A DNA stretch of 64,000 nucleotides from an uncultured Actinomycetota bacterium (GCA_963748885.1 CAVVLC010000064.1:21943-85942); one strand, 5' to 3'. Shown: positions 23,920-44,635, counted from the stretch's first letter. Program-made: numbers and translations. Notes: generated by a model from the letters alone, not told the origin.

Positions 23920-24538
23920 CTATAGTCCTTCGACCCAGTTGCTCAGCACGGCCGCACCCGCGTCCCCACTCTTCTCCGGATGGAACTGGGTGGCGGCCAG
24001 CGGTCCGTCCTCGACCGCGGCCAAAAACGGTACCTGGTGGGTGGCCCACGTCAGCAACGCGCCGGGCGAGCCTTCCCAGCGCTGCGCGGCATAGGAGTGC
24101 ACGAAATAGAACCGGGTAGTCGGCGTCCAGGCCCTTGAACAGCGCGCTGCCCGGTGCGGAATCCACCACGTTCCAGCCCATGTGCGGGACCACCGGCGCA
24201 TCCAGCCGCGTGACGGCACCCGGCCACTGCCCGCAGCCTTTCGTCTCCACCCCGAACTCGACGCCGCGCGGCGAACAGGATCTGCATGCCCACGCAAACC
24301 CCCAGCACCGGGCGTCCGGCGGCGACCCGCTCGGCGATGATCTGCTCCCCCGCGATCTTGCGCAGGCCGGTCATGCACGCCTCGAAAGCGCCGACGCCGG
24401 GCACCACCAGCCCGTCGGCGGCCGCAGCGGCGCTTGCGTCGGCGGTTACTTCCACCGAGGCGCCGACCCGCTGCAGCGCGCGTTGGGCCGACCGTAGATT
24501 GCCTGATCCGTAATCGAGGACTACAACCGACTTCTCCG

Positions 24539-24542
<4 letters not shown>
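23920..24542 (-). CDS. hisH: IGP synthase glutaminase subunit (two frameshifts)
   Basis: [41 protein letters not shown], spread across frames. Confidence 0.9.
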
Positions 24543-27630
<3,088 letters not shown>

Positions 27631-27718
27631 GAGCGGTGACTCGACGGGATGGGAGGTGGTCACGCCAGCCATTGTCCCAGAGCAGCTCAAGTCAATATCC
27701 GACCGGTACAGTGCGGTC

Positions 27719-28138
27719 ATGTCCAAAAAGGATCATCCCAACAACGCCCCCGGCGTCCCGATGGTGTATCCGCCCTGGTTCGAGAACATTCAGGTCAAGT
27801 ACCTCAACCCGGCGCTCAAACCGATTGCGCGGTACCTGCCGGGCACGGCGACGATCGAGCATCGCGGCCGCAAGTCCGGCAAGCCGTACAAGACCATCGT
27901 GACCACCTACCGCCAGGGCAACACCCTTGCGATCGCGCTGGGCCACGGGAAGACGGACTGGGTCAAGAACGTGCTCGCCGCGGGCGAGGCGGACCTGCGC
28001 TATGCCCGCCGCGAGGTGCACATCACCAACCCGCGGATCCTGCCGGCCGCCTCCGACGGCCCGGACACTCAGGGGCTGCCTCGGTTGGCCCGGTTGCAAC
28101 TGCGACGCATGGCGGTATTCGTCGCCGATATCGCCTGA
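27719..28138 (+). CDS. Deazaflavin (F420)-dependent nitroreductase family protein (Rv1598c-like)
   Basis: [20 protein letters not shown]. Confidence 0.8.
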   Translation: MSKKDHPNNAPGVPMVYPPWFENIQVKYLNPALKPIARYLPGTATIEHRGRKSGKPYKTIVTTYRQGNTLAIALGHGKTDWVKNVLAAGEADLRYARREVHITNPRILPAASDGPDTQGLPRLARLQLRRMAVFVADIA

Positions 28139-28192
28139 GGGCGCCGCTCGGCTACAGCAACAACTCGACGTTGGCAGGCTCGCGAAAGCCGT

Positions 28193-28780
28193 TCAGCCGT
28201 GAGCGTCGGCCGGGACGTCGATCACCAAGTCCGCCTCCCATGCCCGCCCGAGAAGGCCGGTCACATCAATATGTAGTGCCGCTTCGAATTCGGGGCTGCG
28301 AATCAGGTCGTTGACGTACGTGAGTACCTGGTCGGCGACGATGTCGTCGATGCCTCCCAACCGCCCGACGATGCGGGCCGAAACGCCGATCCCCTCCAGC
28401 GCCGTGGTGATGTTGCGTGAATGGACGTCCTCGACATGGACGACGACGTCGCATGGCTGCTCGATCTGCAGCCGGATGCGAGTCTGCACCTGCACCGGGC
28501 CCTGAAACCTCGCGATTCCGCCGGCCACCTCGACCAGGACCGATAGGTCGATTGGGATGGTCACGATCTGGTGCCACACCGCGTCGTCGCACAGCTCAGC
28601 ATGCACCGCACCCGGCACCCCGACCGCGTTCGCCGACGCCGCCTCGCACGGCCCGGCCGAGATGGGCCCAATCTTGATTTCGTCGCCAACAAGTCGGGCG
28701 ACAACTTCGCTGACCCGCTGTGGGGGCGCCGCAGCAGCCAGGGCACGACGGACGAATTCATCGGAGGTCAGAATGCTCAT
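28193..28780 (-). CDS. Hypothetical protein
   Basis: Open 195-aa frame MSILTSDEF... with globular beta-rich composition; no motif recognised. Confidence 0.6.
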   Translation of the reverse strand: MSILTSDEFVRRALAAAAPPQRVSEVVARLVGDEIKIGPISAGPCEAASANAVGVPGAVHAELCDDAVWHQIVTIPIDLSVLVEVAGGIARFQGPVQVQTRIRLQIEQPCDVVVHVEDVHSRNITTALEGIGVSARIVGRLGGIDDIVADQVLTYVNDLIRSPEFEAALHIDVTGLLGRAWEADLVIDVPADAHG

Positions 28781-29023
28781 TTGGCGCCGCCTTGCGGGTA
28801 CCACAGCCAGATCGCGGTGGTACCGGCCCATCTCGGCGTCGGTGTGCCGGAACCCAGGAGATTGGGCGTGATGCGCCGAACAAGAGTCAGACGCTGATAG
28901 GAAGTCTATCCGACCTTGATTAGCGGCTTGGCTGCGATGTTTGCTGGACGGGCCTCGGGGTGGCCCACAGCGCAAATGTCGGGCAATCGATCGCCCCACT
29001 TGGCGGTGCGTCGTGGGTTCGTC

Positions 29024-30066
29024 CTACATTGCATCCTCGCGGCAAAAGACGGTCTTGCCGGTCATCGTCGGCCACGCCGACGGGGCGTCCTCCCACGCAC
29101 GACGCGATCGACGGCCGGCGACAGGTCCAATCCGGCGGCCAGCAGCTCCAGCACGTGCGGGATGACGACCCGCGCGTTGACCCGGCCGGTGACGAACTTC
29201 ACACCGCGGGTGTACATCGACAGCAACGGCATCTCGACCTGGGTTGGAAATAGATGCCGGTGTCGGTGCACACGCCGTCCGGCCAGGTCGCGCGCAGGGT
29301 CGCCGCCAGCAGTGCCGCGATCGGCGGACGTGTGCGACGGTGACGGGATACTGATCCCAGGACCTTGTCGGGCTTGGCGACGTCGTGGGCCGTCGCCCCG
29401 AGTTTCTCGGCGGCCGCCAGCCGCTCCGCGTCGGTGTCGACGTAGTCGACGTGGGCACCCAGGGCGACCGCGATGGCCGCCGCATACAGCCCGATCGACA
29501 GCCGGCCGACCACGAGGACGCGGCGCTCGACTGCATCGAGGCCGGCCAGCTCGGCCGCGAAGGGCCCGACGGCGCGCCAGCCGTCGGGGATGTTGTCCGA
29601 AAGCGAGGCGATGGCGATCGGGTCGACGGCGTCGGGGATCGGGATCAGCATCGCGTCGGCGTAGGGCACGAGCACCAGATCGGACATGAAGCCCCCGCCA
29701 TCGAGGCCGGCAATCGGGGCCATCCCGTACATCGCCATCAACGGCAACGGAGCCGCACGAACCGGTCACGCCACGGCGGCATTCGCGGCAGGTTCCGCAG
29801 CTGATCTGAAAAGGCACGACCACCCGGTCGCCCACTTGGACGCTGCGTGACCTCGTCGCCTACAGCGACGACCTCGGCCAGTCCCTCGTGACCGACCGCG
29901 TGTCCCGGGCGGCATCGGCAACCGGCCGTGGCTACCACCGACGTCCAGGTCGCAACAGGCCACCAGTCAGCGGCCGAACCAGAGCCTGCTCCGGCGCGGT
30001 GATTTCCGGGTCGGGTACCTCGCGCCATGCGTATCGGCCGGCCTCTTCGAACGTCAACTGCCTCAT
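29024..30066 (-). CDS. Zinc-dependent alcohol dehydrogenase (multiple frameshifts)
   Basis: VACCDLD, GHEG, CGTCRECRRG...C, SDNIPDGW, LSIG, spread over several frames. Confidence 0.8.
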
Positions 30067-30075
30067 CTCAGCATT

Positions 30076-30093
30076 CTTGAGTGATCACTCAAG
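30076..30093. promoter_or_regulatory. Probable TetR operator
   Basis: Perfect 18-bp palindrome CTTGAGTGATCACTCAAG between the divergent ADH and TetR genes. Confidence 0.75.
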
Positions 30094-30105
30094 TATTGTC
30101 AAAGC

Positions 30106-30678
30106 GTGCCGAGACCCGATCGCAGCCGCCCAGCGTTGATCGAGACAGCCGCCACCCTGTTCCGCCGCCAGGGTTACGCCGCGACCGGGCTGAACCAGAT
30201 CCTCGACGAGGCCGGCGTCAAGCCCGGTTCGCTGTATCACCACTTTCCGCAGGGCAAGCAACAGCTGGCCGCCGCGGTCGTCGACGAGCGCCGGGGCCGC
30301 CATCGAGCAACTGCTGCGCAGATTCCTGGCCGCCGGCCGGCCGGTGGCCGACATCGTCGATCGGTGGATCGACCTGCTGGTCGCGGGGCTGGCCGGCGAC
30401 CAGCGCGACGGCTGTCCCATCGAGCCGATCGCCACCGAGTCGGTGAACGCGAGTCCGCTGGTGCGCGCGGCGTCGGCGCGCGCCTTCGGCGGCTGGTGCC
30501 CGGCGATCGAGGAGCGGCTGCGCTCCGAAGGCTGGCCGGCCGAGGACGCGGAAAGGTTGCCGTGGCGGTGATCTCGTTGATCGAGGGCGCGCTGATCCTG
30601 TCCCGGATCGCCGGCGATGCGGCCGCGCTCAACGCCGCCAAGCCCGCGGCGCGGTTACTGCTCGGCGGTCAGTGGTGA
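30106..30678 (+). CDS. TetR family regulator (LmrA/YxaF-like; frameshifts)
   Basis: LFRRQGYAATGLNQILDEAGVKPGSLYHHFPQGK; GCPI; SLIEGALILSR. Confidence 0.85.
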   Translation: MPRPDRSRPALIETAATLFRRQGYAATGLNQILDEAGVKPGSLYHHFPQGKQQLAAAVVDERRGRHRATAAQIPGRRPAGGRHRRSVDRPAGRGAGRRPARRLSHRADRHRVGERESAGARGVGARLRRLVPGDRGAAALRRLAGRGRGKVAVAVISLIEGALILSRIAGDAAALNAAKPAARLLLGGQW

Positions 30679-30710
30679 TCGTGTGGCCCAAAGTCTTTGC
30701 TGTGCTGAGG

Positions 30711-31025
30711 TCAACCGGGTTCCTCGTCGTCGCGGTCGCGGAGGAATCGTTCGGGGTGGTGATAGCGGTTCGTTCGGGGTTGGCCGCGGTCCAGGTGGAC
30801 CGGGGGGAGCCATTCGGTTTCGCTTTTGGCGTTCTTGCGGGTGGTCCAGCCCTTCTCTTCGACGAGGCGGTTATTCGGGGCGCAGGCCAGGGTGAGCGTG
30901 GTGATGTCGGTGCACTGCGTGGCGGCCCAGCGCTCGACGTGATGGACCTGGCTGTGGTAGGCCGGGGCATCACAACCGGGATTCGTGCAGCCTCTATCCT
31001 TGGCGTACAGGACAATCCGCTGCCC
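30711..31025 (-). pseudogene. C-terminal HNH part of a 13E12-repeat family (DUF222-HNH) gene
   Basis: QRIVLYAKDRGCTNPGC..QVHHV..W...LACAPNNRL..GW..TEWLPP..RTNRYHHPE. Confidence 0.8.
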
Positions 31026-31173
31026 GAGTAGCCCCGCTTGCGACGTGCCCAGCGCCGACTGGGTCGCCCGGCATGGTTGATCGACAATGATCTCTAGGAC
31101 GACAGCGTCGGCATGCCGCCCGAGATGTACGACCGGCAGCCGACACGCCGCGCCCAGACGACGAGACACACCA

Positions 31174-32267
31174 CTATCGAGATTCGATCACCGACACCGT
31201 GCCGTCTGCGGAGGTGAGGGAGACGGTGTGGATGACGTAGACGGTGTGGGTGCCCGGATCCACCGCCACCCCGAACGCACCGTTCGGGTTCTCGCCGACG
31301 GGCACGGTAGCGACGACGTGCGCGTCGAGGCGTCGATCACCGACACCGTTTTGTGGGAGATCGACACCTCGGAGGTGACGTACACGGTGTGGGTGCCCGG
31401 GTCCACCGCCACCGCGTTCGGGCGCCAACCGACGGGCACGGTGGCAGTCACGGTGCGCGTCGAGGCGTCGATCACTGACACCGTGCCGTCGTCGGTGTTG
31501 GCGGTGCCGTAGACAGTGTGGGTGCCCGAATCCACCGCCACCCACAACGCGCCCACGGGCACGGTGGCGGTGACCGTGCGCGTCAAGGCGTCGATCACCG
31601 ACACCTGCTCGCCGCCGACGTAGACGATGTGTGTGCCCGGATCCACCGCCACCCCGAACGCGTACTTGCCGACGGGCACGGTGGTGGTGACGGTGCGCGT
31701 CGAGGCGTCGATCACCGACACCGTGCCGTCGCCGGTGTTGGTGACGTAAACGGTGTGGGTGCCCGGATCCACCGCCACCCCGGTCGGGTTCTTGCCGACG
31801 GGCACGGTGGTGGTGACGGTGCGCGTCGAGCCGTCGATCACCGACACCGTGTTGTCGGCTTGGTTGGTGACGTAAACGGTGTGGGTGCCCGGATCCACCG
31901 CCACCCCGGTCGGGTTCTTGCCGACGGGCACGGTGGTGGTGACGGTGCGCGTCGAGGCGTCGATCACCGACAACGTGTTGTCGGCTTGGTTGGTGACGTA
32001 AACGGTGTGGGTGCCCGAATCCACCGCCGCACCACGCGGGTTCCTGCCGACCGGCACGGTGGCGCCAACCCTGTACGTCGGACCAGTCGACGGCGCAGCC
32101 GAGCCGGAACTCGCCGCCGGACCCGGACCTCCCGACGGACCCCGACATCCAGATAGGAAAACGGCCAACAAGACGGCACCGATGACCGCCAGCACGCCAG
32201 TGAGCTTCGGTATCGGCACCAGCCGCCAGCGCCTTCGCGTTGGTTGATCATCGCCGCTGACGGCCAT
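31174..32267 (-). CDS. YVTN/YncE beta-propeller repeat lipoprotein (frameshift near 31318)
   Basis: Lipobox LSGC, then ~7 repeats of VAVDPGTHTVYVTN..TVSVIDASTRTVTTTVPVG. Confidence 0.85.
31180..32065 (-). repeat. ~126-bp intragenic tandem repeats
   Basis: Near-identical 126-bp units, e.g. ~31740-31865 versus ~31866-31991. Confidence 0.85.
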
Positions 32268-32402
32268 ATGCGCTCTCCTGATCATGGTTTGCAGTGTGCG
32301 CCTGGCACCTACCCGCCGTATGCCGAATTCGTCGAGTTCGTTGTCGTCGAGCACTCGGAACAGTCGGTGCACGTGCCCGACCGCGTCGCTGCTCAGGGTT
32401 CA

Positions 32403-32452
32403 CGGGCGGCGGGGCGGCCGGGCGGCGGGCGGCGGGCGGCGGGCGGCGGGCG
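32403..32452 (+). repeat. (CGGGCGG)n heptamer microsatellite, G-rich
   Basis: cgggcggcggggcggccgggcggcgggcggcgggcggcgggcggcggg. Confidence 0.75.
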
Positions 32453-32494
32453 CGAACCTGCGCTGACCGGCAATGTTCACAGCAGTGCATTACC

Positions 32495-33580
32495 TCGATC
32501 GTCTTTGGCGTACAACATAATCCGCTGCGCCGGGGAGCGCAAGCCGCTTCGTGTGGTACAGCGTCAGGGGTTTGCGTGATCGAAAATTGCCAAGTAATGG
32601 TGAGCGTGGCTGGCCATGCGGATCAGATCGGACATGGGTAGCTGGGAGCCGCCACCGGTGAGCCGTTACCGGCGGCGGCTTCCAGATCCTCCAGCTTGGT
32701 AGTGACCACGATCGACACGGCAGCCCGTTGTGCTGACCCAGCTTTCCTGAGGCGATCAAGGCCCGCAGCCCGGCGAGTAGCCCATCATGATTGCGTTGCG
32801 CCGCGCTGCGGATGTCGCGCCGGACGGCCTCGTCGTCGGGTGTCTGGTCGACGACGGGTTTGTCGTCGTCGGGGTTGCAGGCACCCGGGGCGCCCAGCTT
32901 GGCCAGCACGGGCTCGAACGTGACCCGGGCTTCGGGGGTCAGGTAGCCGCTGATGCGTGACATGCCGTCGTATTCCTGGCGGCCGAGTGTGATGCCGCGC
33001 TTGCGGGCGCGCTGTTCATCGCTGAATTCCCCGTCGGGGTGCAGCCAATCCATGACCCGCTGGGCGTATTTGGCCAACTCATCGGGTCGGTACTCGCGGG
33101 CATAGGCGGCCAGATCGGCGTCGGCGGCTTCGCGAGTCGAAAGGTCGACCTCGGCGGGCAAGTGGGCGAAAAAGCCGCGGATCACCTTGATGTGCCCATC
33201 ACCGATCGCGCCGTCGCGTTGGGCCTCCTCGGTCGCCGACAACCGCGGCGCCAATGGCTCCCCGGTCAGCGCCCGGCGTTCCCCGAGATCCGCGGCTTCC
33301 TCGACGCGGCGGCCGGCCTCGGCTTTGGTGATCCGCAGCCGGTCGGCCAGCGCGCAGCGCAACGTGCCGCCGAGTTCTTTGGGCCGGCTTGGGCATCAAG
33401 TTGGTTGATCAAAGGGTGTTGGGGGGCGCGCAGTTGGCGTGCCATGCTTTCCAGCTCTTCGAGGGCCCACAGTCGTTCCGGGGTGGTCAACACGTCAAAG
33501 GTCAACCCGCACGCGCGTTTCAGGTTGGCACGCAGCGCGCCGAACGTCTCGACGATCTCCTCGCGACTGCTGGCACCCAT
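32495..33580 (-). pseudogene. N-terminal DUF222 part of a 13E12-repeat family gene, interrupted
   Basis: [74 protein letters not shown]. Confidence 0.85.
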
Positions 33581-33587
33581 GCTTGAA

Positions 33588-33609
33588 ATTGTATGAAGCC
33601 CCTCCGACA
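33588..33609 (-). promoter_or_regulatory. PafBC/RecA-NDp DNA-damage promoter
   Basis: Minus strand TGTCGG-N10-TACAAT, 7 nt before the ATG at 33580 (leaderless). Confidence 0.8.
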
Positions 33610-33739
33610 ACAATCGCCGATTTGTGACCACTGAAACCACAGTGAAACAAGAGATTACACGGATCGGATGGCTGCCTCTACTTTTCAGACTCGGACCAGT
33701 CGGAACAACAGGCACCAGCGATTAACGTTGCGGGATGTG

Positions 33740-34447
33740 ATGTACACCGTTGGTGAGTTTCTCCGCGTGATCGACCTCGCCGGAGTCTTCGGCAATGCCC
33801 TGCTCGGCGGAATCGTGGCGCGCGAACAGCGTTTGGATCCCGTCGGATTCGTCGCGCTGGCCATCTTGTCCGGTCTCGGCGGGGGCCTCATCCGGGACAC
33901 CCTGCTGCAGCACGGCCCTCCGGTCGCGCTGACCGACTACCTGTACGTGATAACCGCGCTCGCGGGCGCGATCGTCGCATTCCTTGCGCCGGTGCACGAT
34001 CGGGTCTGGGCGGTGACCTTCCCGGTGGTCGATGCCTTGGCCCTGGGTTGTTGGGCGGCCGCCGGCGCGCAGAAAACTCTGGACGTTGGCCTGGGCTGGC
34101 TGCCTGCAGTGCTGTTGGGCACGATCACCGCCGTCGGCGGCGGAGCCTTGAGGGACCTGACCATCCGCCGGATCCCACAGGTCTTCGGCGGCAACACGCT
34201 CTATGCCACCTGCGCCGTTGCGGCCAGCCTGGTGACGGTGGCCTTCACCTATAGCGGACATGCGCCGGGCGGCACCTTGGCCGCGACCGCCGTCGGTGCC
34301 GCGTTGTGCCTGCTGGCCCGCTGGCGCGGTTGGCAGCTGTGGCAGGGGTTGGCATGGGAATACGACGTCGAGCGACCGCCGGGCAAGCGGTGTCCGCGGA
34401 TCAGGGTGCGGGCAAACCGGACGCCGGCCCTGCCGGAGGAGCAATGA
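33740..34447 (+). CDS. Trimeric intracellular cation channel (UPF0126/TRIC) family protein
   Basis: Duplicated GGG-xx-RD motifs (GLGGGLIRD, AVGGGALRD); DALALG. Confidence 0.88.
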   Translation: MYTVGEFLRVIDLAGVFGNALLGGIVAREQRLDPVGFVALAILSGLGGGLIRDTLLQHGPPVALTDYLYVITALAGAIVAFLAPVHDRVWAVTFPVVDALALGCWAAAGAQKTLDVGLGWLPAVLLGTITAVGGGALRDLTIRRIPQVFGGNTLYATCAVAASLVTVAFTYSGHAPGGTLAATAVGAALCLLARWRGWQLWQGLAWEYDVERPPGKRCPRIRVRANRTPALPEEQ

Positions 34448-34470
34448 GCACCGGAGTCGTCCGGGTCCTA

Positions 34471-39960
<5,490 letters not shown>

Positions 39961-40082
39961 TTCCCCCTCGAGCCCCCCTCGAACAGCGGCTAGTTTAGTC
40001 TGACGACGAGCTTCGGGGGCTGAATCGTTGCTATTGGCAGCAAACGATCACCAAGCGATCCCCCGTGATGGGATCGTCGGGG

Positions 40083-40951
40083 CTACATATCCAGGCCGAT
40101 GTCGAGGACGCGCACCGAGTGCGTGAGTGCGCCCGACGGCGAGATAGTCGACACCGGTTGCGGCGTAGGTCGCCGCGGTCTCCAAGCTGAGCCCGCCGGA
40201 CGACTCGAGCAGCACGGCGGGTGCGCGGGTGTCGCGGCGCTGCACCGCGATTTGCGTCTGCCACACCGGGAAGTTGTCCAGCAGGATCAGCTCGGGCTGT
40301 TCGGCCAGCACGGCGTCGAGCTGCTCCAGCGAGTCCACCTCGACCTCGCACGGCAGCTCGGGCGCGGCCTCCCGCACCGCTCGCAGCGCGTCGACGACCG
40401 ATCCGGCGGCCGCTACGTGGTTGTCCTTGATCAGTGCGGCGTCCCCCAGCCCCAGCCGGTGGTTGACTCCCCCGCCGACGCGCACCGCGTATTTCTGCAG
40501 TGCACGCAGGCCGGGCAGGGTTTTGCGGGTATCGCGGATCTTTGCTTTGGTCCCACTGACCGCGTCGACCCAGGCCGCCGTTGAGGTGGCGATCCCGGAC
40601 AGGTGGCAGACCAGGTTGAGCATGGTGCGCTCCGCGGTCAGCAGACCCCGGGTGTCGGCCTGCAAGGTCAGCAGCGGCTGGCCCGGCTGCAACCGCGCGC
40701 CATCCTCGACGCGGTCCAGTACGTGATAGCCGTCGGCGCCGATCACCTCGTCGAGTACCAGCAGCGCAACGTCGATCCCGGCGATCACGCCGGGCTCCCG
40801 GGGCACCATCGACGCCTTGGCTACCGCGTCGGCGGGCACCGTCGCCAACGTGGTGACGTCGGGCCCGTAACGCAGATCCTCATCGAGACCACAGCCGGAT
40901 GATGTCTCGGGCGGCGGTCAGCTCACTGTCGGACAGTCGCATCGGCGCCAT
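40083..40951 (-). CDS. nadC: Nicotinate-nucleotide pyrophosphorylase (frameshifts)
   Basis: ERTMLNL, DTRKTLPG, NHR, IKDNH, EVEVD, LLDNF, ESSGG. Confidence 0.92.
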
Positions 40952-42564
40952 CAACCCACCGCCGCCAGCGCCTCCACGCACACCGTGTTCTGGTCTTCGG
41001 CCAGCCGGACCACGCTGCTACGCGCTTGTTCTGGGTCGGCATCGGAGTGTTCCGCACGGTGGTGACATCCTCGGCTTTCGGTGCGGGCCAGGGCCGCGCC
41101 GGCCACCGCGCGGGCGGTCAGCGCCAACGCCACGTCCTCGAAATTCGCGACGGCCGGCCACGGTCGCGGACCCGCGCACCCGCCAGCGTCTCGGGCAACC
41201 GGCGCAGCCCCTCGTCGCGTCGCGCACCACCGAGGCGTCTCTGCTCATCGCGCGCTGCAATTCGGCGCGCCGAGGCGCGGTGTGAACGATCGGCTCGGGC
41301 CAGCTCGCGCGCACCTGCCCGACCGTCGCCGCATGCGCGGCCGCGGCCTTTCCGGCGCGGCCGCCTACCACCAAACCTTCCAACAAGCTGTTCGAGGCCA
41401 GCCGGTTGGCGCCGTGCATCCCGGTGCGGGCCACCTCACCGGCGGCGAACAGCCCGGCGAGTTCGGTTTGGCCGTACACGTCGGTGACGACGCCGCCGCA
41501 GCTGTAGTGCGCGCCGGGCATGACCGGGATGGGTTGACGGACGGGGTCGATGCCCGCGGCGCGGCAGGCGGCGGTGACGGTGGGAAACCGGGTCTCGAAG
41601 CCGTCGATGCCGCGGGCGTCGAGGTAGACGCACGGATCGCCGAGTGGCCTTCATCCGCGCGTCGATGGCTGCCGCGACAACGTCGCGCGGCGCCAGATCG
41701 CCCATCGGATGAACGCCCGCCGTTACCGAATCGCCTTCCTATCAAGCAATATCGCACCCTCACCGCGGATCGCCTCGGTGACCAGCGGCCGCCGCCGGCC
41801 GGTCTCTCGGCCGGGACCGGCAGAGTAGAGCATCGTCGGATGGAACTGGATGAACTCGAGATCGCTGACCGGCACGCCGGCCCACAACGCCAACGCGATT
41901 CCGTCACCGGTGGAGCCCTCGGGATTGGTCGTCGCGCTGTAGAGATGCCCGAGCCCCCCGGACGCCAGGATCACCGAGGGCGCGCTGATGATGCCGTGTC
42001 CATCCGGGCTGATCACGGAAACCCCGTTCACCGCCCCTGTTCCCAATGCGCCGTCGTACAGCACTCGCACCGCCACATGACTGGTGCGGATGTCCAGCAC
42101 GTCAGCGGCATGGTCCAGGGCCCGCTGTACCTCGGCGCCGGTGGCGTCGCCACCCGCGTGCACGATCCGTCGCCGCGAGTGTCCGCCTTCGCGCGTCAGC
42201 GCCCAACGGCCGGGAGCTGATTCGTCGAAACGCGCTCCGTCACCGACTAATTCGCTAACCGCACGGTAGCCGTCGGCGACGATCGAGTACACCGCGTCGG
42301 GGTCGCACATGCCCGCCCCCGCGGCCAGGGTGTCGGCGACATGGTCGTCTATCGAGTCCTGATTTCCGGGTTGTCCGGCAACACCACCGCGATGCCGCCC
42401 TGTGCGTAGTGCGTCGCGGTCACCCCGTGGCGCTGGTCCGCCTTGCTGAGCACCACGACGTTGCGGCCGGCGCGATGGGCGGCCAGCGCCGCGGCCAAAC
42501 CCGCCACGCCGGTGCCGATCACGACGACGTCGGCCGCGTCCGTCCATTGGGGACCGGACATCAT
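40951..42564 (-). CDS. nadB: L-aspartate oxidase (frameshifts)
   Basis: [56 protein letters not shown]. Confidence 0.92.
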
Positions 42565-43612
42565 TCGCCCCCGCCCGGCTGCCCGATTTCGATCATCCGC
42601 TGCACGCTGCGGCGCCCCGCCGCCGCGATTTCCGGGTCGACGTGGACTTCGTCGGCACCCTCGACCAGGCAGCGCAACAGTGCCGCGGGGGTGATCATCT
42701 TCATGTACTTGCACGACGCGCGGTCGTTGACGGCGCGGAAGTCGACCTCCGGCGCCGCCTTGCGCAACTGGTACAACATGCCGACCTCGGTGGCCACCAG
42801 AACCTTGCGCGCGTGCGTCCGGTTGCGCCGCCTCGAGCATGCCCCCGGTGGACAGGATCTTCACCCGGTCCGCCGGGAAGGCGCCTTCGCCCGCGAGGTA
42901 CAACGCCGAAGTGGCACAACCACATTCGGGGTGCACGAACAGTTCGGCATCGGGATTCGCGCGGGCCTGCTCGGTGAGCTCGTCGCCGTTGATCCCGGCG
43001 TGCACGTGGCATTCGCCGGCCCACACATGCAGGTTCTTGCGGCCGGTCACCCGACGCACGTGGGCGCCGAGGAACTGGTCCGGGCAGAACAGCACCTCGC
43101 GGTCGGGGTCGATGGACGCGACCACGTCGACCGCGTTCGACGAGGTGCAGCAGATGTCGGTGAGCGCCTTCACCGCCGCCGTGGTGTTGACGTAGGAGAC
43201 GACGACGGCGCCGGGGTGCTCGTCCTTCCAGGCGCGCAGTTCGTCGGGGGTGATCGAATCGGCCAGCGAGCAGCCGGCCCGCTGATCCGGGATCAGCACG
43301 GTCTTGTCCGGGCTGAGGATCTTGGCGGTCTCGGCCATGAAGTGCACGCCGCAGAACACGATGGTGTCCTCGCGGCGCGTCGGCGGCGATCCGCGACAGC
43401 GCCAGCGAGTCCCCGACGTGGTCGGCCACGTCCTGGATGGCGGGCAGCTGGTAGTTGTGCGCCAGCACCGTGGCGCTGCGTAGCCGCGCCAGGCGGCGAA
43501 TCTCGGCCGCCCACTGCGCGTCGCGATCGACGCCGCCGTACCCGGTGGGTGAGTCCGTGATGCCGGCAATCATGTCGTCCGCGAGCGTGTCCATGCGATT
43601 CAAAATCGTCAT
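42561..43612 (-). CDS. nadA: Quinolinate synthase (frameshifts)
   Basis: [41 protein letters not shown]. Confidence 0.92.
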
Positions 43613-43637
43613 GGCGAGCTCCTTTCGCGTCCAGGAG

Positions 43638-43660
43638 GTTTTCGACTTACAATCGAAAAC
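43638..43660. promoter_or_regulatory. NrtR operator
   Basis: GTTTTCGA-CTTACAA-TCGAAAAC palindrome between divergent nadA and nrtR. Confidence 0.88.
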
Positions 43661-44382
43661 ATGCCCAATGGTAGCACCGCCCACGAAGTGCTTGCGGTCG
43701 TGTTCCAGGTTCGCCAAGTTACAGGCGACCTCGCGAACAGAAAAACCGCAGCTTAACGTGCTGTTATGGCAGCGTGCCCGGGATCCGCGAACGCGGCGCG
43801 TGGTCACTGCCGGGCGGACGGCTACGCAACGACGAGGACATGATCACCTCGGTCCGGCGCCAACTGGCCGAGAAGGTCGACCTGCGCGAGGTGGCACACC
43901 TGGAACAGCTCGCGGTGTTCTCCGAACCGGACCGGGTGCCGGGCACCCGGATGATCGCGTCGACGTTTCTGGGCCTGGTGCCCTCCCCCGCCACCCCCGA
44001 GTTGCCGCCGGACACCCGCTGGCACCCGGTGAACGCGCTGCCGCCGATGGCCTTCGATCACGGCCCGATGGTGACCCACGCCCGGGCCCGGCTGGTCGCG
44101 AAGATGTCCTACACCAACATCGGATTCGCCTTGGCGCCAAAGGAATTCGCGCTGTCCACACTGCGTGACATTTACGGCGCCGCGCTGGGCCATCAGGTCG
44201 ACGCGACGAATCTGCAGCGGGTGCTGGCCCGCCGCGGAGTCATCACCCAGACCGGCACCATCGCCCAGTCCGGCCGCAGCGGCGGGCGTCCGGCCGCGCT
44301 GTACCGATTCACCGACTCCCAGTTGAGGGTCACCGACGAATTCGCCGCGCTGCGGCCACCGGGCCCGCCCAGCCAGCTCTGA
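43661..44382 (+). CDS. nrtR: Nudix-related transcriptional regulator NrtR (Rv1593c; frameshifts near 43790)
   Basis: [38 protein letters not shown]; w[13 protein letters not shown]. Confidence 0.88.
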
Positions 44383-44635
44383 ACCGGGTGTGAACCGGCT
44401 AACAATCCAGCCCCCCCAAACCCGCTTCTGGGCCGCTCACCTGGGCAAACGCCGCGCCCGCTTGACGCGTCGGCAAATTAATTCGCCGACACGAGCGCAA
44501 ATAAGGCAACGGTAAGATATCTTTAAGACTCGAATAAGGTGCCGATGCTGACTGCCAACTGCGGACCGGCGCCTCACGGTTTGGTCACCGGCCGTTCATG
44601 CGCAAGAATGCCGAATGGCCACGAAGGGAGCCTCA

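Noticed and set aside
31180..32065. CRISPR or non-coding repeat array
   Set aside because: Repeats are in-frame 42-aa YVTN propeller blades.
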